Of a stretch of DNA of 64,000 nt, positions 60,423-64,000 are shown in pieces. Origin of the DNA: Thermoanaerobaculia bacterium. GTDB lineage: Bacteria; Acidobacteriota; Thermoanaerobaculia; Multivoradales; Multivoraceae. Position 1 is the first letter of the stretch. Each line of letters opens with the position of its first letter. The notes under the pieces were generated by a model. The model searched no databases. It had not been told where the DNA came from and saw only the letters and a list, made by a program, of their open reading frames with translations. Location of the stretch: NCBI GenBank assembly GCA_963664405.1, contig OY761158.1:2976001-3040000 (forward strand), in the 5' to 3' direction. A program made the position numbers and the translations under genes.

Positions 60423-60786
60423 AGATGAGGGATTCATGTGGGACGCAGCCATCGCCACCCGGCCGGCCGCGTCCGCCCAGAGCGCTCGGGTGGGGCGAGG
60501 CCGAGGGTGCGTCGGCGAAGCCGCTTTTGAAAGTGCGGGGCTCCGCTTCGACGAAGGGGGCCTTCGCAGCCCAGATCTTCCATCTGCACGCCGACTACGA
60601 TCGGCACCGGGCTCTCTAGGCGACGGCCCCAGAAGTCGGCGGCGTAAAGCAGCACTCGAGGGGAAAAGGCCTGGCACGCTCGAAACTCCAACTAATCTGC
60701 TCAGATGAGCTCGCGTTTGCTTTCAGTCAGATCCCTCTCCAGTAGCAGGAGAAAGAATCTTCAGCGAACCTACTTTAATGCGTCGC

Positions 60787-61168
60787 CTACTGCACAGGCT
60801 CCTCGGGAGCATGGTCGATTGCCTTGCGCCAACCGTTCCACTGTTCCGGATGAGTCGCCACTCGGGCCTCGAGGCGAGACGAGTACTGGCGGGCGAGAGC
60901 GGCAAAAGACTCTGCGCGCGAGGTGCCGTGCTGAGGGTTGAGTGGCGCTTCGATCGTTGTTAGCAAGCTACCGTTATCCTGACGTATGGTGAAGACTGGC
61001 AACAGGGCTGCCCCGCCTCGCAGGCAAAGATTCAGCGGTCCGGAGGCCAAGCGGATGCCGGTGGATAGGAAAGGAGCGGTGATGGTCTGCTTCGCCTCGA
61101 CGCCGACGGTGATCGACACGATCGCATTGTCTCGTAGTAGCGCACGAACCTTGCGCAGAGAGGGACCT
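60787..61168 (-). pseudogene. LpxL-like lysophospholipid acyltransferase, C-terminal fragment
   Basis: LRDNAIVSI, APFL…LASGP, ALLPVF, IEAPL, LEARVATHPEQW. Confidence 0.65.
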
Positions 61169-61567
61169 GGATTGCCTGCGGGTCAGGAGGGAGTCTTGAG
61201 GCTGGACGCGAGACCCGAGGCCTCCTTCGAGGTCCGGGTAGAAAACCTTCAGCGCAGCGTCGAGCAGAGGTCTGGGAGCGACCCTCGTCGCGTCGTGCGC
61301 TTGATTCTGACCCTGCTGGAGAACGACCCCAGGCTGGTGCGTCCCGGTATGCGGGCGCACGGAACCATCCGGTTGCAGCGACGCGACGGTGTTCTGACAG
61401 TCCCGATCGACGCCGTACGTGAGGCTGAAGACGGCCGAACGATCGTCCTGGGCAAGACACTCTTTGGCTCGCAGATGCGACCTGTAGAGCTCGGCGAAAA
61501 GCGGGGAGGTTGGGTAGAGGTGATTGCGGGCTTGGTGGAGGGAGACCGGGTTCGGGTCGACGCATGA
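61169..61567 (+). pseudogene. Efflux periplasmic adaptor subunit, C-terminal fragment
   Basis: LRLDARP, RPGMRAHGTI, VLTVPIDAV, PVELG…VEVIAGLVEGDRV. Confidence 0.75.
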
Positions 61568-62029
61568 GAAACGAAGTCTCCAGTTATCGCGCGACAACAG
61601 CGGCTGCCGCCATTTTCGCCGTTTTGGCCGTTGCCTGCCGGCAGGAAGAGCAGGTTCCGACCTATGAAGTGACACGGCGCTCGTTCGCTCATTGGGTCAA
61701 GGCCGAAGGATTCCTACGTGCCGTGAATGTCACCGAAGTCAGCGTGCCGTCAGAGATCCGACGCGGAGCTCGGATCCTGTGGATGGTGGAGGACGGAGCG
61801 CGGGTAGAGGCTGGAGACCCGGTCGTGAAGCTCGATCACTACGACATGGAGCAGCGATACCGCGAGGAGGTCGCAGAGTCGGAGGCCGCCGTAGTCGAGC
61901 TGGACCGAACGCGAGTAGAAGGTCGCCAGGGTCGAGGGCCTCGCCGAGGGCGCCAGGGTGGCGCTGAAGGATCCCGGGGCCAGGAGTGAGGGAGATCGCC
62001 GTAACAGCGATGCACTGGCTTCGAGATGA
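61564..62029 (+). pseudogene. Second efflux adaptor subunit with an internal deletion
   Basis: Lipoprotein-like leader, AEGFLRAV, VEDGARVEAGDPVVKLD. Jumps near 61921 to a C-terminal EGLAEGARVALKDP, whose stop overlaps the permease ATG (ATGA). Confidence 0.7.
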
Positions 62030-63271
62030 CACTACGCGACGCGCTGAGGACGTCGGTCGGGAATCTCTCGGCCCACAAGCTGCGGACAGGCCTCGCCATG
62101 CTCGGTGTGGTCTTCGGTGTCGGTGCCGTGATCTCGATGCTCTCGATCGGGGCTGGGGCCGAGGACGAAGCTCTTGCGGTAATTCAGCGATTGGGTCTAC
62201 GCAACATCCTCTTGCGCGCCCGTGACTACGACGAAGATCGGCTGAAGAGATCCGCCGCGTCTCGGTCGGTGTCTCGCAGCGTGACATCGATGCCATCGCC
62301 GAAGCGGTCTCGGAAGTCGTCGACATCGCGCCAAAGGTCGAGATCGAGCCCTGGGAAGTACGTTGGCTTGGGGTAAGGCCGAGGCTTCCGTCTTCGGGGT
62401 GGCGGCGGACCATCTCAGGATCGGCAACCTCAGGGTCCGCTCCGGCAGATTCCTCGACCCGATCGACGACAGGGAGCGCGCCCAGGTGTGCGTCATCGGA
62501 CCGCGGGTCGCGAGGGCTCTGTTCGGGTGGGAGTCGCCGCTCGAAAAGGAGCTCCTCGTCAACGGGGTCTGGCTCGTCGTCGTCGGCGTGCTCGAAGGGA
62601 GCGGCGGGGAGATCGATGCCTTTCAGGGGATATCTCTGGCGTCCAGTGACGATGCCATCTACCTGCCGATCACGACGGCTCGACGGAAATTCGACCCCCA
62701 TCCTCTCGGCTCCCCATTTACCGAGCTCATCATACGGTTGGATGACAGACTGGATCCGGAGAAGGCCAGCCTCATCGCCGCTGACGCCATCAAGCGCATT
62801 GTCGACCGGCTCCACGGTGGGGCCGAAGATTACGAGCTCGTCGTTCCTCAATCCCTGCTCAATCAGAGTCAGGAAACGCAGCGCATCTTCAACGTAGTCA
62901 TGGGAAGTATCGCCGGCATCTCGCTCTTGGTGGGCGGTATCGGCATCATGAACATCATGTTGCCAGCGTGCTCGAGCGCAGACGTGAGATCGGCGTACGT
63001 CGCGCGGTGGGGGCGCGCAAGATCGACATCCGTACCCAGTTTGTCGTCGAGATCTTTCTTGATCAGCGTGATAGGGGGAGCGTTCGGCATCGTCGTCGGA
63101 GTCGCCCTCGCCCAGAGCATCGCCACCTATGCCGGCTGGCCAACGGAGGTCAGCGTCGCTGCGATCGTGCTCGCTAGTCTGGTGTCCATTGTCGTCGGCG
63201 TCGTCTCCGGTCTGTACCCGGCGATACAGGCCTCCGAGCTCGACCCCATCGACGCCCTGCGCTATGAGTAG
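62026..63271 (+). CDS. MacB-type ABC transporter permease (multiple frameshifts)
   Basis: [70 protein letters not shown]…[10 protein letters not shown], spread over three frames. Confidence 0.88.
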
Positions 63272-63977
63272 CCTCTCTCGCCTGTCAGGGCCGAAGGTCG
63301 CCGGAGAGCTTCTCATCGATCTGCGAGGCGTGGAGAGGAGCTACCGCGTGGGCGAGAATGAGATCCGTGCACTGGACGGAATCGACCTCGAGATCTTCTC
63401 CGGAGACTATCTGGCGATCACGGGTGCGTCGGGAAGCGGCAAGTCGACCCTGATGAACATCCTCGGTTGCCTCGATCGGCCCACCGGCGGCAGCTACCGG
63501 CTGCGGGGCGTCCCGGCTCACGAGCTGGAGGACGATACGCTCGCCCGGCTGCGCAACGAGGAGATCGGCTTCGTTTTCCAGAGCTTCAATCTGCTTCCTC
63601 GGCTGGATGCCCTGGGCAATGTCGAGATCCCTCTCGTTTACGGCCAACTGAAGCTCGCCGAACGGACCGAGCGGGCTCGGGCAGCGCTCGACCGGGTGGG
63701 ACTAGCGGACCGGATGGAACACCGCCCCAACGAGCTCTCTGGGGGTCAATGCCAGAGAGTTGCGATCGCCCGTGCGCTCGTCAGCGAACCCTCCATCCTC
63801 CTGGCCGACGAACCGACGGGCAACCTCGACTCCCGTACATCGGAGGAGATCATGCTGCTCTTCGACCAGCTCTCGGCAGGCGGCGCCACTGTGATCCTGG
63901 TGACTCACGAGTCGGGCCTCGCTGCACATGCCTCGAAAGTGGTCCACATCTCAGACGGACGGGTTGTGTCCGGCTGA
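63264..63977 (+). CDS. ABC transporter ATP-binding protein (LolD/MacB-type)
   Basis: [47 protein letters not shown]. Confidence 0.95.
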   Translation: MSSLSRLSGPKVAGELLIDLRGVERSYRVGENEIRALDGIDLEIFSGDYLAITGASGSGKSTLMNILGCLDRPTGGSYRLRGVPAHELEDDTLARLRNEEIGFVFQSFNLLPRLDALGNVEIPLVYGQLKLAERTERARAALDRVGLADRMEHRPNELSGGQCQRVAIARALVSEPSILLADEPTGNLDSRTSEEIMLLFDQLSAGGATVILVTHESGLAAHASKVVHISDGRVVSG

Positions 63978-64000
63978 GGGGTGCGCCGGCCAGACGGTCC

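Noticed and set aside
49880-63100. Frameshifts in the GT2, IPTL protein, monooxygenase, TauD and permease as programmed recoding or phase variation
   Set aside because: They are scattered small indels, several in short homopolymers, with no shared slippery motif. Sequencing error is more likely; the 11-43 kb block is clean.
1-64000. Many long antisense or alternate-frame ORFs in the track (e.g. 6736-8073 -, 61739-63316 -, 35396-36481 -, 28897-29817 +)
   Set aside because: They are shadows of well-supported genes in high-GC DNA, with Arg/Pro/Ser-rich composition and no family motifs.

Overview
GC-rich bacterial chromosomal window. Gene content suggests Acidobacteriota, Thermoanaerobaculia-like (inference only). 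From left to right: (1) a surface-glycan cluster (SGNH hydrolase, CmoA-like carboxy-SAM synthase, methyltransferase, 2OG-Fe(II) oxygenase, pyruvyltransferase remnant, GT4, flippase, GT2); (2) an ISNCY-type IS bounded by (CTAG)3; (3) rmlBAC plus DUF4301, uppP, a candidate sRNA, a 166-bp MITE and an ECF sigma/anti-sigma operon; (4) a clean housekeeping block (tRNA-Met, tilS, ftsH, folP, cdaA, cdaR, glmM, pdxJ, purC, DUF368); (5) a DUF2298/TIGR03663 GT-C membrane glycosyltransferase trio, one gene broken by an ISAzo13 element, converging on a eukaryote-type UDP-galactopyranose mutase, a GT2 and a Thr/Pro-rich IPTL-CTERM protein. This block is the best candidate for an undescribed surface-protein glycosylation system; (6) secreted/periplasmic proteins, a truncated TonB-dependent receptor, hicAB and a MacAB-type ABC exporter. 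Frameshifts and abrupt gene-to-gene junctions concentrate at about 3-9 kb and 49-63 kb and may be sequencing or assembly artefacts. No CRISPR array or rRNA was seen. All family calls come from motif recognition by eye, not database searches.
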